Assembly (NCBI GenBank): GCA_964016885.1
Contig: OZ024741.1
Coordinates: 59,892,001-59,956,000 of the forward strand
DNA from: Eledone cirrhosa
Lineage: Eukaryota
Length of the DNA: 64,000 nucleotides
Direction of reading: 5' to 3'
A program made the position numbers and the translations under genes. Positions 31,463 through 42,309 of this stretch are shown one piece after another. Under the pieces are notes generated by a model. It worked only from the letters and a program-made list of their open reading frames with translations, had not been told where the DNA came from and searched no databases. The stretch's first letter is position 1. Each line of letters starts with the position of its first letter.

Positions 31463-34400
31463 TATTAGCGTTAAATTTAGCGTTAAATTTTCCCTGCTGT
31501 ATTAGCGATAAATTTTCGAGGGTTTCTCTTAGTAGCTTTTTCATGTCGTTAATATTATGATGTTCCCTGCTGTATTAGCGTTAAATTTTCCCTGCTGTAT
31601 TAGCGATAAATTTTCGAGGGTTTCTCTTAGTAGCTTTTTCATGTCGTTAATATTATGATGTTCCCTGCTGTATTAGCGTTAAATTTTCCCTGCTGTATTA
31701 GCGATAAATTTTCGAGGGTTTCTCTTAGTAGCTTTTTCATGTCGTTAATATTATGATGTTCCCTGCTGTATTAGCGTTAAATTTTCCCTGCTGTATTAGC
31801 GATAAATTTTCGAGGGTTTCTCTTAGTAGCTTTTTCATGTCGTTAATATTATGATGTTCCCTGCTGTATTAGCGTTAAATTTTCCCTGCTGTATTAGCGA
31901 TAAATTTTCGAGGGTTTCTCTTAGTAGCTTTTTCATGTCGTTAATATTATGATGTTCCCTGCTGTATTAGCGTTAAATTTTCCCTGCTGTATTAGCGATA
32001 AATTTTCGAGGGTTTCTCTTAGTAGCTTTTTTCATGACGTTATTATTGTTAATTTTACTGATGTAGTATTAACTTATTAACTTGGATATTTACCATGCGG
32101 TATTCTAATCCTATTGTATCTCTCTCAGTTATTTACCATGCGACCCTCAGTTCCTACCCCCCCCCCTCTATGCACTTCTTTAAGGCTTACTACCCTGTCT
32201 TTAACCTAATTCATTCAATCTGAAAATATTGAAGAGATAAGACACTTTGCCATTCTTCTCTGCTAAAATGTACCACTAGAGTTGATTCAAATTTTCCCAG
32301 CCAGCCATCCACCTAATCTACGAAGGTATTTTAGCCTACATATTGTCGTTAATATTATGATGTTCCCTGCTGTATTAGCGTTAAATTTTCCCTGCTGTAT
32401 TAGCGATAAATTTTCGAGGGTTTCTCTTAGTAGCTTTTTCATGTCGTTAATATTATGATGTTCCCTGCTGTATTAGCGTTAAATTTTCCCTGCTGTATTA
32501 GCGATAAATTTTCGAGGGTTTCTCTTAGTAGCTTTTTCATGTCGTTAATATTATGATGTTCCCTGCTGTATTAGCGTTAAATTTTCCCTGCTGTATTAGC
32601 GATAAATTTTCGAGGGTTTCTCTTAGTAGCTTTTTTCATGACGTTATTATTGTTAATTTTACTGATGTAGTATTAACTTATTAACTTGGATATTTACCAT
32701 GCGGTATTCTAATCCTATTGTATCTCTCTCAGTTATTTACCATGCGACCCTCAGTTCCTACCCCCCCCCCCTCTATGCACTTCTTTAAGGCTTACTACCC
32801 TGTCTTTAACCTAATTCATTCAATCTGAAAATATTGAAGAGATAAGACACTTTGCCATTCTTCTCTGCTAAAATGTACCACTAGAGTTGATTCAAATTTT
32901 CCCAGCCAGCCATCCACCTAATCTACGAAGGTATTTTAGCCTACATATTGTCGTTAATATTATGATGTTCCCTGCTGTATTAGCGTTAAATTTTCCCTGC
33001 TGTATTAGCGATAAATTTTCGAGGGTTTCTCTTAGTAGCTTTTTCATGTCGTTAATATTATGATGTTCCCTGCTGTATTAGCGTTAAATTTTCCCTGCTG
33101 TATTAGCGATAAATTTTCGAGGGTTTCTCTTAGTAGCTTTTTCATGTCGTTAATATTATGATGTTCCCTGCTGTATTAGCGTTAAATTTTCCCTGCTGTA
33201 TTAGCGATAAATTTTCGAGGGTTTCTCTTAGTAGCTTTTTTCATGACGTTATTATTGTTAATTTTACTGATGTAGTATTAACTTATTAACTTGGATATTT
33301 ACCATGCGGTATTCTAATCCTATTGTATCTCTCTCAGTTATTTACCATGCGATCCTCAGTTCCTACCCCCCCCCCCCTCTATGCACTTCTTTAAGGCTTA
33401 CTACCCTGTCTTTAACCTAATTCATTCAATCTGAAAATATTGAAGAGATAAGACACTTTGCCATTCTTCTCTGCTAAAATGTACCACTAGAGTTGATTCA
33501 AATTTTCCCAGCCAGCCATCCACCTAATCTACGAAGGTATTTTAGCCTACATATTGTCGTTAATATTATGATGTTCCCTGCTGTATTAGCGTTAAATTTT
33601 CCCTGCTGTATTAGCGATAAATTTTCGAGGGTTTCTCTTAGTAGCTTTTTCATGTCGTTAATATTATGATGTTCCCTGCTGTATTAGCGTTAAATTTTCC
33701 CTGCTGTATTAGCGATAAATTTTCGAGGGTTTCTCTTAGTAGCTTTTTTCATGACGTTATTATTGTTAATTTTACTGATGTAGTATTAACTTATTAACTT
33801 GGATATTTACCATGCGGTATTCTAATCCTATTGTATCTCTCTCAGTTATTTACCATGCGACCCTCAGTTCCTACCCCCCCCCCTCTATGCACTTCTTTAA
33901 GGCTTACTACCCTGTCTTTAACCTAATTCATTCAATCTGAAAATATTGAAGAGATAAGACACTTTGCCATTCTTCTCTGCTAAAATGTACCACTAGAGTT
34001 GATTCAAATTTTCCCAGCCAGCCATCCACCTAATCTACGAAGGTATTTTAGCCTACATATTGTCGTTAATATTATGATGTTCCCTGCTGTATTAGCGTTA
34101 AATTTTCCCTGCTGTATTAGCGATAAATTTTCGAGGGTTTCTCTTAGTAGCTTTTTCATGTCGTTAATATTATGATGTTCCCTGCTGTATTAGCGTTAAA
34201 TTTTCCCTGCTGTATTAGCGATAAATTTTCGAGGGTTTCTCTTAGTAGCTTTTTCATGTCGTTAATATTATGATGTTCCCTGCTGTATTAGCGTTAAATT
34301 TTCCCTGCTGTATTAGCGATAAATTTTCGAGGGTTTCTCTTAGTAGCTTTTTTCATGACGTTATTATTGTTAATTTTACTGATGTAGTATTAACTTATTA

Positions 34401-35550
34401 ACTTGGATATTTACCATGCGGTATTCTAATCCTATTGTATCTCTCTCAGTTATTTACCATGCGACCCTCAGTTCCTACCCCCCCCCCCCCCCTCTATGCA
34501 CTTCTTTAAGGCTTACTACCCTGTCTTTAACCTAATTCATTCAATCTGAAAATATTGAAGAGATAAGACACTTTGCCATTCTTCTCTGCTAAAATGTACC
34601 ACTAGAGTTGATTCAAATTTTCCCAGCCAGCCATCCACCTAATCTACGAAGGTATTTTAGCCTACATATTGTCGTTAATATTATGATGTTCCCTGCTGTA
34701 TTAGCGTTAAATTTTCCCTGCTGTATTAGCGATAAATTTTCGAGGGTTTCTCTTAGTAGCTTTTTCATGTCGTTAATATTATGATGTTCCCTGCTGTATT
34801 AGCGTTAAATTTTCCCTGCTGTATTAGCGATAAATTTTCGAGGGTTTCTCTTAGTAGCTTTTTCATGTCGTTAATATTATGATGTTCCCTGCTGTATTAG
34901 CGTTAAATTTTCCCTGCTGTATTAGCGATAAATTTTCGAGGGTTTCTCTTAGTAGCTTTTTTCATGACGTTATTATTGTTAATTTTACTGATGTAGTATT
35001 AACTTATTAACTTGGATATTTACCATGCGGTATTCTAATCCTATTGTATCTCTCTCAGTTATTTACCATGCGACCCTCAGTTCCTACCCCCCCCCCCCCC
35101 CCTCTATGCACTTCTTTAAGGCTTACTACCCTGTCTTTAACCTAATTCATTCAATCTGAAAATATTGAAGAGATAAGACACTTTGCCATTCTTCTCTGCT
35201 AAAATGTACCACTAGAGTTGATTCAAATTTTCCCAGCCAGCCATCCACCTAATCTACGAAGGTATTTTAGCCTACATATTGTCGTTAATATTATGATGTT
35301 CCCTGCTGTATTAGCGTTAAATTTTCCCTGCTGTATTAGCGATAAATTTTCGAGGGTTTCTCTTAGTAGCTTTTTCATGTCGTTAATATTATGATGTTCC
35401 CTGCTGTATTAGCGTTAAATTTTCCCTGCTGTATTAGCGATAAATTTTCGAGGGTTTCTCTTAGTAGCTTTTTTCATGACGTTATTATTGTTAATTTTAC
35501 TGATGTAGTATTAACTTGGATATTTACCATGCGACCCTCAGTTCCTACCT
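31463..35550. repeat. Higher-order tandem array: 98-bp monomers in blocks of about 6,3,3,2,3,3,2 separated by six near-identical 310-bp units
   Basis: Monomer starts at 31545, 31643, 31741, 31839, 31937; long units start at 32036, 32640, 33245, 33753, 34357, 34966; monomer contains two 26-bp subrepeats. Confidence 0.97.
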
Positions 35551-35792
35551 CACAATTTCCCTCCCCCCCACCCCCACTCACCACCATAGTCTATTCGACC
35601 AATCAAACCTAGCATGCCATTTCCACTGCTGCTGCTGCTACTACCTGCCTAACTAACTCTCTCCTCCTCTGGCGCATCCCAACACACCCTGCCATTACCC
35701 CACCACCACTGTCCTTCTAGCCCTCAATTTTCCCACCGTTATGGATGGATGAGCTGGGAATACACGAGCAACTCTGAATCAATAGATGAAAT

Positions 35793-38700
35793 ATGAATCT
35801 GCGAGCTACCAAGCACCCACGTGAAGCGCCAACCCAGAGACCCTCCCCTACGAGTGTCGACAAATGCCCAAAACTCCGAGTTGGTACCATCAATGTAGGC
35901 TCAATGAAAGGAAGAGCAGGAGAAATCGTAGAAATGCTAGAGCGAAAGGAAGTTGATGTATGCTGTGTGCAAGAGACTAGATGGAGAGGAGGGTCTGCTA
36001 GAGTCCTTGTAGGAAAAAGCCAGTGCTACAAATTTTTCTGGGTGGGAAATGACGATGGGATGGGTGGTGTAGGTATACTATTAGCTGACAAGTGGGTAGA
36101 TAAAGTAATCTCCGTGTACAGGGTAAATGCAAGAATCATTAAACTCAGACTAGTCCTGAATAAGACAATTACCACAATAATATCAGCTTACGCACCCCAA
36201 TCGGGGCTGCCAGACGAACTTAAGGATAGGTTTTACGAGTCCCTAATACACACTACTGCTCTAACAGACGACAAGGACTTCCTAATCATTGCAGGAGATT
36301 TTAACGGACACGTAGGTAAACACTGCGACGGCTTCAATAGAGTACATGGAGGCCATGGAGTTGGCACAAGGAATGAGGAAGGATTCAGACTTCTAGAATT
36401 CTGCGACGCCAATGACATGTCGATATGTAACACAAACTTTAAAAAACCCGACAACCACCTGATCACCTATAGATCAGGGGAGCACTCTAGTCAGTTAGAT
36501 TTTATCCTCATCAGAGGACGTGACAGATGGACGGTCGTAAACACAAAAGCCTTCCCTAGTGAGGAATGTACATCCCAACATAGCTTAGTTGTCAGCGACC
36601 TCACGGTCAGAACTAGACGAGCCCTGAAACAGAGGCCAACCTGGAGAAGAAAGATCTGGAAGCTGAAAGTCCCCTCAACCAGTAACAGATTTAAAGATAT
36701 TTTACTCAACGCCTACGACAGTAAAGAAGAACAGATAGAGACATTTAACGTAGAAGAGAACTGGGAGTTCCTAAAAAATAACTTACTAGAGGCGACGGAT
36801 GAGGTTTGTGGCTGGAGTAAGACCTCAAGCAGGAGGAGAGTGACTTGGTGGTGGAACAATAAGGTAGATGAAGCAGTCAAGGCCAAGAGACAGGCATGGA
36901 AAGAATGGAAGAATGGGGGGAGCAGGGTACATTACATAGAGACCAAGAGGGAAGCTAGGCGACAAGTATACTTAGCTAGGAGGGAAGCAGAGGATAGAAA
37001 ATTCAAGCATGTTTTACAACGTGAGGACCAGAAACAGGAGGTATTCAAGATTGCGAGGCAGTGTGTCAGAGATAGTTGTGATGTCATTGGAGAGAAGTGT
37101 ATCCGGAATGATAAAGGTGAGCTTGCCCTCACAAGTGCTGAGAAGAAAGATGCATGGAAGAGTCATTATGATAGATTACTAAATGAGGAGAATGCATGGG
37201 AAGAAGAGACCCTACCCCACGTAGACCCTATAGAGGGACCAGCAGTACAAGTCAGCGGCAGCGTAGTAAGTAAGGCAATCAGAGATATGAAGATAGGGAA
37301 GGCAACCGGTCCATCGGGTATAGCTGCCGAGATGCTGAAGGCATCTGGGTCTGTAGGTCACACTATAACCACACGTATCGTTAACCAGGTAATACTAGAG
37401 GGGGCCATACCAAAAGATTGGTGCAGTAGCATCATTGTCAACTGCTACAAAGGTAAAGGCGATGCACTAGATAGAGGAAACTATAGAGGTATAAAGTTGA
37501 TGGACCAGGTCATGAAAGTAACAGAAAGAGTTATAGCACAGCTGATTAGGGACCGGGTGAATATAGACGAGATGCAATTTGGGTTTGTTCCAGGGAAAGG
37601 CACCACTGATGCGCTCTTCCTTGTGAGGCAATTACAGGAAAAGTACCTAGCTAAAAGTAAGCCACTCTACTTGGCATTTGTCGACCTTGAGAAAGCCTTT
37701 GACAGAGTTCCACGTGCAGTAATCTGGTGGGCTCTTAGAAAACTAGGAGTAGATGAATGGCTTGTGAAAGCGGTACAAGCCATGTATAGGGGAGCAGTCA
37801 GCAAAGTTAGGATTGGCAATGAGTATAGCGAGGAATTTAGCGTACAGGTTGGGGTCCACCAGGGCTCTGTTCTTAGCCCTCTCCTGTTCATCATAGTCCT
37901 GCAGGCAATAACGGAGGAGTTTAAGACCGGATGCCCATGGGAACTCCTGTATGCTGATGACCTCGCACTCATAGCTGAATCTATGGTAGAACTAGAGAAT
38001 AAATTCCAAACCTGGAAGCAGGGACTAGAGAGAAAGGGCCTCAAAGTCAACATGACAAAGACTAAGGTCCTTATAAGTAGACGAGAAAACAGAACCCAGA
38101 TCCCCTCAGGGAAATGGCCTTGCTCAGTATGTAGGAAAGGTGTAGGTAGGAACTCCATTCTCTGCCCCAAATGCAAACAATGGGTACACAAGAGATGTAG
38201 CGGGATCTCAGGAAGCTTAATTAAGAATGTAGGATTCACATGCAGCAGCTGTGCTGAAACAGCAAGCAAACAGCCACAGGAAACAAGTACCACCAATCTC
38301 TGGGAGGGCCCTGTAGAAACAGTAGACAGCTTCTGCTACCTAGGTGACCGAATTAGCAACGGAGGTGGGTGCTCAGAAAGTACAATAACTAGGGTAAGAA
38401 CGGGATGGAAGAAGTTTAGGGAACTACTACCACTGCTAGCTGCAAAAGGCTTCTCCCTCAGAATGAAAGGCAGACTGTATGATGCGTGTATCCGAACAGC
38501 GATGTTGCATGGTAGTGAGACCTGGGCGCTGAAGGTGGAAGACTTACGTAGATTAGAGAGAAACGAAGCCTGCATGCTCCGATGGATGTGTAACAGTAAT
38601 ATACGTGAACGACAAAGCATAAATGAATTGAGAGAGAGACTGAGCATAAGAGGAATCAAATGCTGCGTGCAGGAGAGGCGGTTACGCTGGTATGGACATG

Positions 38701-38912
38701 TGATGCGTATGAAGGATGACAGCTGCATAAAAAGGTGCAGAGCACTAGAAGTTGATGGAAACCGCGGAGTGGGGAGACCCAAGATGACTTGGGATGAGGT
38801 GATAAAAGCCGACCTTACCCAACTACACCTCTCAAAGTCAATGACACACGACCGTGACTTCTGGCGTCACGCAGTAATACAGGGTACCCGACCTCCCATG
38901 GGTACATGCTGA
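35793..38912 (+). CDS. RTE LINE polyprotein: APE, reverse transcriptase, PHD-like zinc finger
   Basis: 1039-aa open frame; VQETRW, YAPQ, GDFNGH, FVDLEKAFD, HQGSVLSP, YADD, CSVC..CPKCKQWVHKRC..CSSC, RRLRWYGHV. Confidence 0.95.
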   Translation: MNLRATKHPREAPTQRPSPTSVDKCPKLRVGTINVGSMKGRAGEIVEMLERKEVDVCCVQETRWRGGSARVLVGKSQCYKFFWVGNDDGMGGVGILLADKWVDKVISVYRVNARIIKLRLVLNKTITTIISAYAPQSGLPDELKDRFYESLIHTTALTDDKDFLIIAGDFNGHVGKHCDGFNRVHGGHGVGTRNEEGFRLLEFCDANDMSICNTNFKKPDNHLITYRSGEHSSQLDFILIRGRDRWTVVNTKAFPSEECTSQHSLVVSDLTVRTRRALKQRPTWRRKIWKLKVPSTSNRFKDILLNAYDSKEEQIETFNVEENWEFLKNNLLEATDEVCGWSKTSSRRRVTWWWNNKVDEAVKAKRQAWKEWKNGGSRVHYIETKREARRQVYLARREAEDRKFKHVLQREDQKQEVFKIARQCVRDSCDVIGEKCIRNDKGELALTSAEKKDAWKSHYDRLLNEENAWEEETLPHVDPIEGPAVQVSGSVVSKAIRDMKIGKATGPSGIAAEMLKASGSVGHTITTRIVNQVILEGAIPKDWCSSIIVNCYKGKGDALDRGNYRGIKLMDQVMKVTERVIAQLIRDRVNIDEMQFGFVPGKGTTDALFLVRQLQEKYLAKSKPLYLAFVDLEKAFDRVPRAVIWWALRKLGVDEWLVKAVQAMYRGAVSKVRIGNEYSEEFSVQVGVHQGSVLSPLLFIIVLQAITEEFKTGCPWELLYADDLALIAESMVELENKFQTWKQGLERKGLKVNMTKTKVLISRRENRTQIPSGKWPCSVCRKGVGRNSILCPKCKQWVHKRCSGISGSLIKNVGFTCSSCAETASKQPQETSTTNLWEGPVETVDSFCYLGDRISNGGGCSESTITRVRTGWKKFRELLPLLAAKGFSLRMKGRLYDACIRTAMLHGSETWALKVEDLRRLERNEACMLRWMCNSNIRERQSINELRERLSIRGIKCCVQERRLRWYGHVMRMKDDSCIKRCRALEVDGNRGVGRPKMTWDEVIKADLTQLHLSKSMTHDRDFWRHAVIQGTRPPMGTC

Positions 38913-40034
38913 AGCATATAAACAATATGCCCCCCCCCCCCCCACCGCAAGGTGGTCGTGGAGGTGCCACGGCAAAAAAGCACCCAGCCCACACTGTAAA
39001 GTGGACGTGTAGGCGCCACGAAAAAGCACCCAGCACTCACTGTAAATGAGGTTGGTGTTAGGAAGGGCATCCAGCTGTAGAAATCAAGCCAGATCAGTTC
39101 CTGTATGAGCAAGGCATGGTCAGCCGACCAGACACTGCCCACAACAGGACAACCCGTCTAACCCATGCTAGCGTGGAAGAACGGACGTAAAACGGTGATG
39201 ATGATGATTTAGTCATTTTGTCATTTTCCTCCTTTTCGACTCTAACATTCCTGATCCAAAATTAAATATTAATCTTGTTTATTAATATTGTCTAGTGATA
39301 CCGCCATCTTCCCCTTTCGTAAGTTAACAGAAGGTAATGGGGGGATAGCGGTGGTAGCAATGAAGGTGTGATGGCGGCGGCGATGGGATAGTGGTAGTAA
39401 TGATGGATGGGCAGCGGTGGCGATGACTGTAGATGGGGTTGTCGTTACTGAGTTTTGTTGAATGAACTGTATTTTTGTTTGATCGGTGAATCTATGGGGT
39501 TAGTCGCGTATATATGTTGACATAATTTCTATAATATTGGAATTAAACATTTTGTTAAAACTTGAGACAATAATAATAGTAATTACTATTATTATGCTGA
39601 GATTGGTGGTGGTGGTGGTGAAATTGCTGTTATCTGGCTGATGTGTTTAGCGTACACAGAGGGGTGATAAGGCAGGTGGTGTATCTAGTTTCTGGTGTTG
39701 GTGAAATTGCTGATATTTGGCTGTTCTATATAGTGTAGACAGAGGGGGTGTTCTTCCATTTATAACCATTTTCTTTTTTGAATATAAAATGTATAATACA
39801 AAATTGAATATTTGAGTGATATAACAATATATTATGGATCCGAATTTTTTGGGAAATCAAGCCGAATGTTTTATGTATCATTTGTACTAAGAATTGTTAT
39901 TTCACAATTGATTTAAATATGTTAAAAATTCAAAACTTACGGGAGCGATTTTACGACCTTCTATCCACCATGTGCGTCTTCTTCTTCTTCTTCTTCTTAT
40001 TATTATTATTATTATTATTATTGTTATTGTTATT

Positions 40035-41150
40035 CCTTGAATCTCAGTCATTGATGTTGGTTAACTGGAAAGTCCGTTGGATTGAATATCAAGCCACTAC
40101 CTGCAGCCTCAGATATTCAGGACGTATCGGAGGGTTCTTGCCGTTCCAAGCAAGCATGCCTTTTGAAGCGTTCCAAAAAGCGTGAAGGGGCCGATTTTCT
40201 TTAACCATCCCTGGAAACCTTTGGAGATAGTCCCCAGTGCGCCTATGACAATCGGGATCACTTTGACTTCATGGCAGTTCCAAATCCTTTTCACCTCCCA
40301 CTTTAGGTCCTGGTATCGGTTAATTTTCTCCCTCTCCTTCTCTTGCACTCTCGTGTCGAACGGGCAGGCCACATCCACAATCAGGCACGATCTTTTTTCT
40401 TTGTCCACAACCACCAGGTCAGGTCTATTGTGTTCCAGTTTTTTGTCCGTCTGTATCCTAAAATCCCACAGCACCTTCACCTGACTGTTCTCCATCACCG
40501 CCTCTGGCCTATGCTCATATCATTTCTCAGAATGTGGTAGATTGTTTACTTTGCACAGGTGCCAGTGGATCACCCTGCCCATCACATCGTGTCTCCAGCC
40601 CTTATAGTGGGTCTGGGCTAGGTGTTTACACTCGGACACAATGTGAGCCACAGTCTCCTCTCTCTCTCCACAGATCCTGCACAGTGGGCTAGCCTCCTCC
40701 TTGTAGATATGGTGCTTCAACCACTTCGTTTTGAGGGCCTGCTCCTGCGCAGCCATTAGCATTCCTTCTGTAGCCTTTTTGAGGTCTCCTCTTCTCAACC
40801 AGTTCCATGTCTGTGGATCTCTAAATTCAGTTTTCTCAAAGAAGGTACTATGAAGGGATTTTCCCTTAAGGCTGCTCTTCCTCCTTGATGTTATTTCCTC
40901 CTTGGGTATCCCCTGGCCTACTGTCCCCTCCTTCAGTACAGCTCTGAGCATTGGCTCCTTACTATAGGTCACGTATTTGTATAGGTTGTTTTTCTCCATC
41001 TGAACACAGTCCTCTATGCTGATAAGACCTCTTCCACCCTCAGATCTCCTTAGGTAGAGTCTATCGACATCACTCCTCTTGTGGAACATGTTGTAGATAG
41101 TCAATAGCTTCCTAGTCTTCCTATCCATTTCTTTCTGTTCAGCAACATTC

Positions 41151-41153
<3 letters not shown>
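40035..41153 (-). mobile_element. R4/Dong-like LINE copy 3, 5'-truncated (same subfamily as copy 2)
   Basis: Near-identical to 27319-28430; (TCT)n(TAT)n at 39977-40034 and (TAT)n at 41153-41203. Confidence 0.92.
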
Positions 41154-41205
<52 letters not shown>

Positions 41206-41209
41206 ATTA

Positions 41210-41400
41210 ATGGCGGTGGATTGGCAGTGTCGGTAGAGGGTCGGACGCTAGGCTTTGACGCATAGAATTAAGGTCCTTGCTATTCTGAGTTCAAATCCCG
41301 CCGAGGTTAACTTTGCCTTTCATCCTTACGGGGTCGATAAAATAAAGTACCAGAAACACACTGTGTAATTGCTGGCCTTGTGCCGAAAGTAGAAACAATT
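41210..41400 (+). mobile_element. tRNA-derived SINE between (TAT)n tracts
   Basis: A box TGGCAGTGTCGG, B box GAGTTCAAATCCC, conserved core, (ATT)n tail; related copies at 14335, 54294, 56810. Confidence 0.88.
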
Positions 41401-41433
41401 ATTATTATTCTTCTTCTTCTTCTTCTTCTTCTT

Positions 41434-41517
<84 letters not shown>

Positions 41518-41520
41518 GTT

Positions 41521-42309
41521 CTTTGAGCCTCAGTCATTGATGTTAGTTAACTGGAAAGTTTGTTGAAATGAATATCAAGCCACTACCTGCAGCCTCAGAT
41601 ATTCAGGACGTATCGAAGGGTTCTTGCTGTTCCCAGCAAGCATGCCTTTTGAAGTGTTCCAAAAAGCGCGGCGGGGCCAATTTTCTTTAACCATCCCTGG
41701 AAATATTTAGATAGGACCTAGTGCGCCTATGACAATCGGGACCACTTTGACTTCATGGCAGTTCCAAATCCTTTTTACCTCCCACTTTAAGTCCTGGGAT
41801 CGGTTAATTTTCTCCCTCTCCTTCTCTTATTCTCTCGAGTCGAATGGGCAGGCCACATCCACAATCAGGCGCGATCTTTTTTCCTTGTCCAAAACCACCA
41901 GGTCAGGTCTATTGTTTTCCAGTTTCTTGTCCGTCTGTATACTAAAATCCCATAGCACCTTCACCTGATCGTTTTCTATCACCTACTCTGGCTTATGCTC
42001 ATACCACTTCTCAGAATGTGGTAAATTGTTTACTTTGCATAGGTGCCAGTGGATCACCCTGCCCATCACATCATGTCTCCAGCCCTTATAGTGAGTGCGG
42101 GATAGGTGTTTACACTCGGATACAATGTGAGCCATGGTTTCCTCTCTCTCTCCACAGATCCTGCACAGTGGTATAGCCTCCTCCTTGTAAATATGGTGTT
42201 TCACCCACTTCGTTTTGAGGGCCTGCTCTTGAGCAGCTATTAGTATGCGTTCTGTAGCCTTTTTAAGATCTCTTCTCAAACAGTTCCATGTCTGTGGATC
42301 TCTGAATTC
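41521..42309 (-). mobile_element. R4/Dong-like LINE copy 4, 5'-truncated and more diverged
   Basis: Homologous to 40035-40830; (TAT)n/(TCT)n tract at 41401-41520. Confidence 0.9.

Larger units (their letters stand above)
31463..39208 (+). mobile_element. RTE-clade LINE, apparently full length; 5' boundary including the array is tentative
   Basis: Intact single ORF, 3' UTR ending in (GAT)n at 39196-39208; candidate TSD TTTAGT at 31457-31462 and 39208-39213. Confidence 0.7.

Noticed and set aside
31463-35550. CRISPR-like repeat/spacer appearance
   Set aside because: The long units are near-identical rather than unique, the sizes are wrong, no cas genes are present and the context is eukaryotic
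36233-38782. Antisense and alternate-frame ORFs over LINE coding regions throughout the window
   Set aside because: Shadow ORFs with no recognisable motifs
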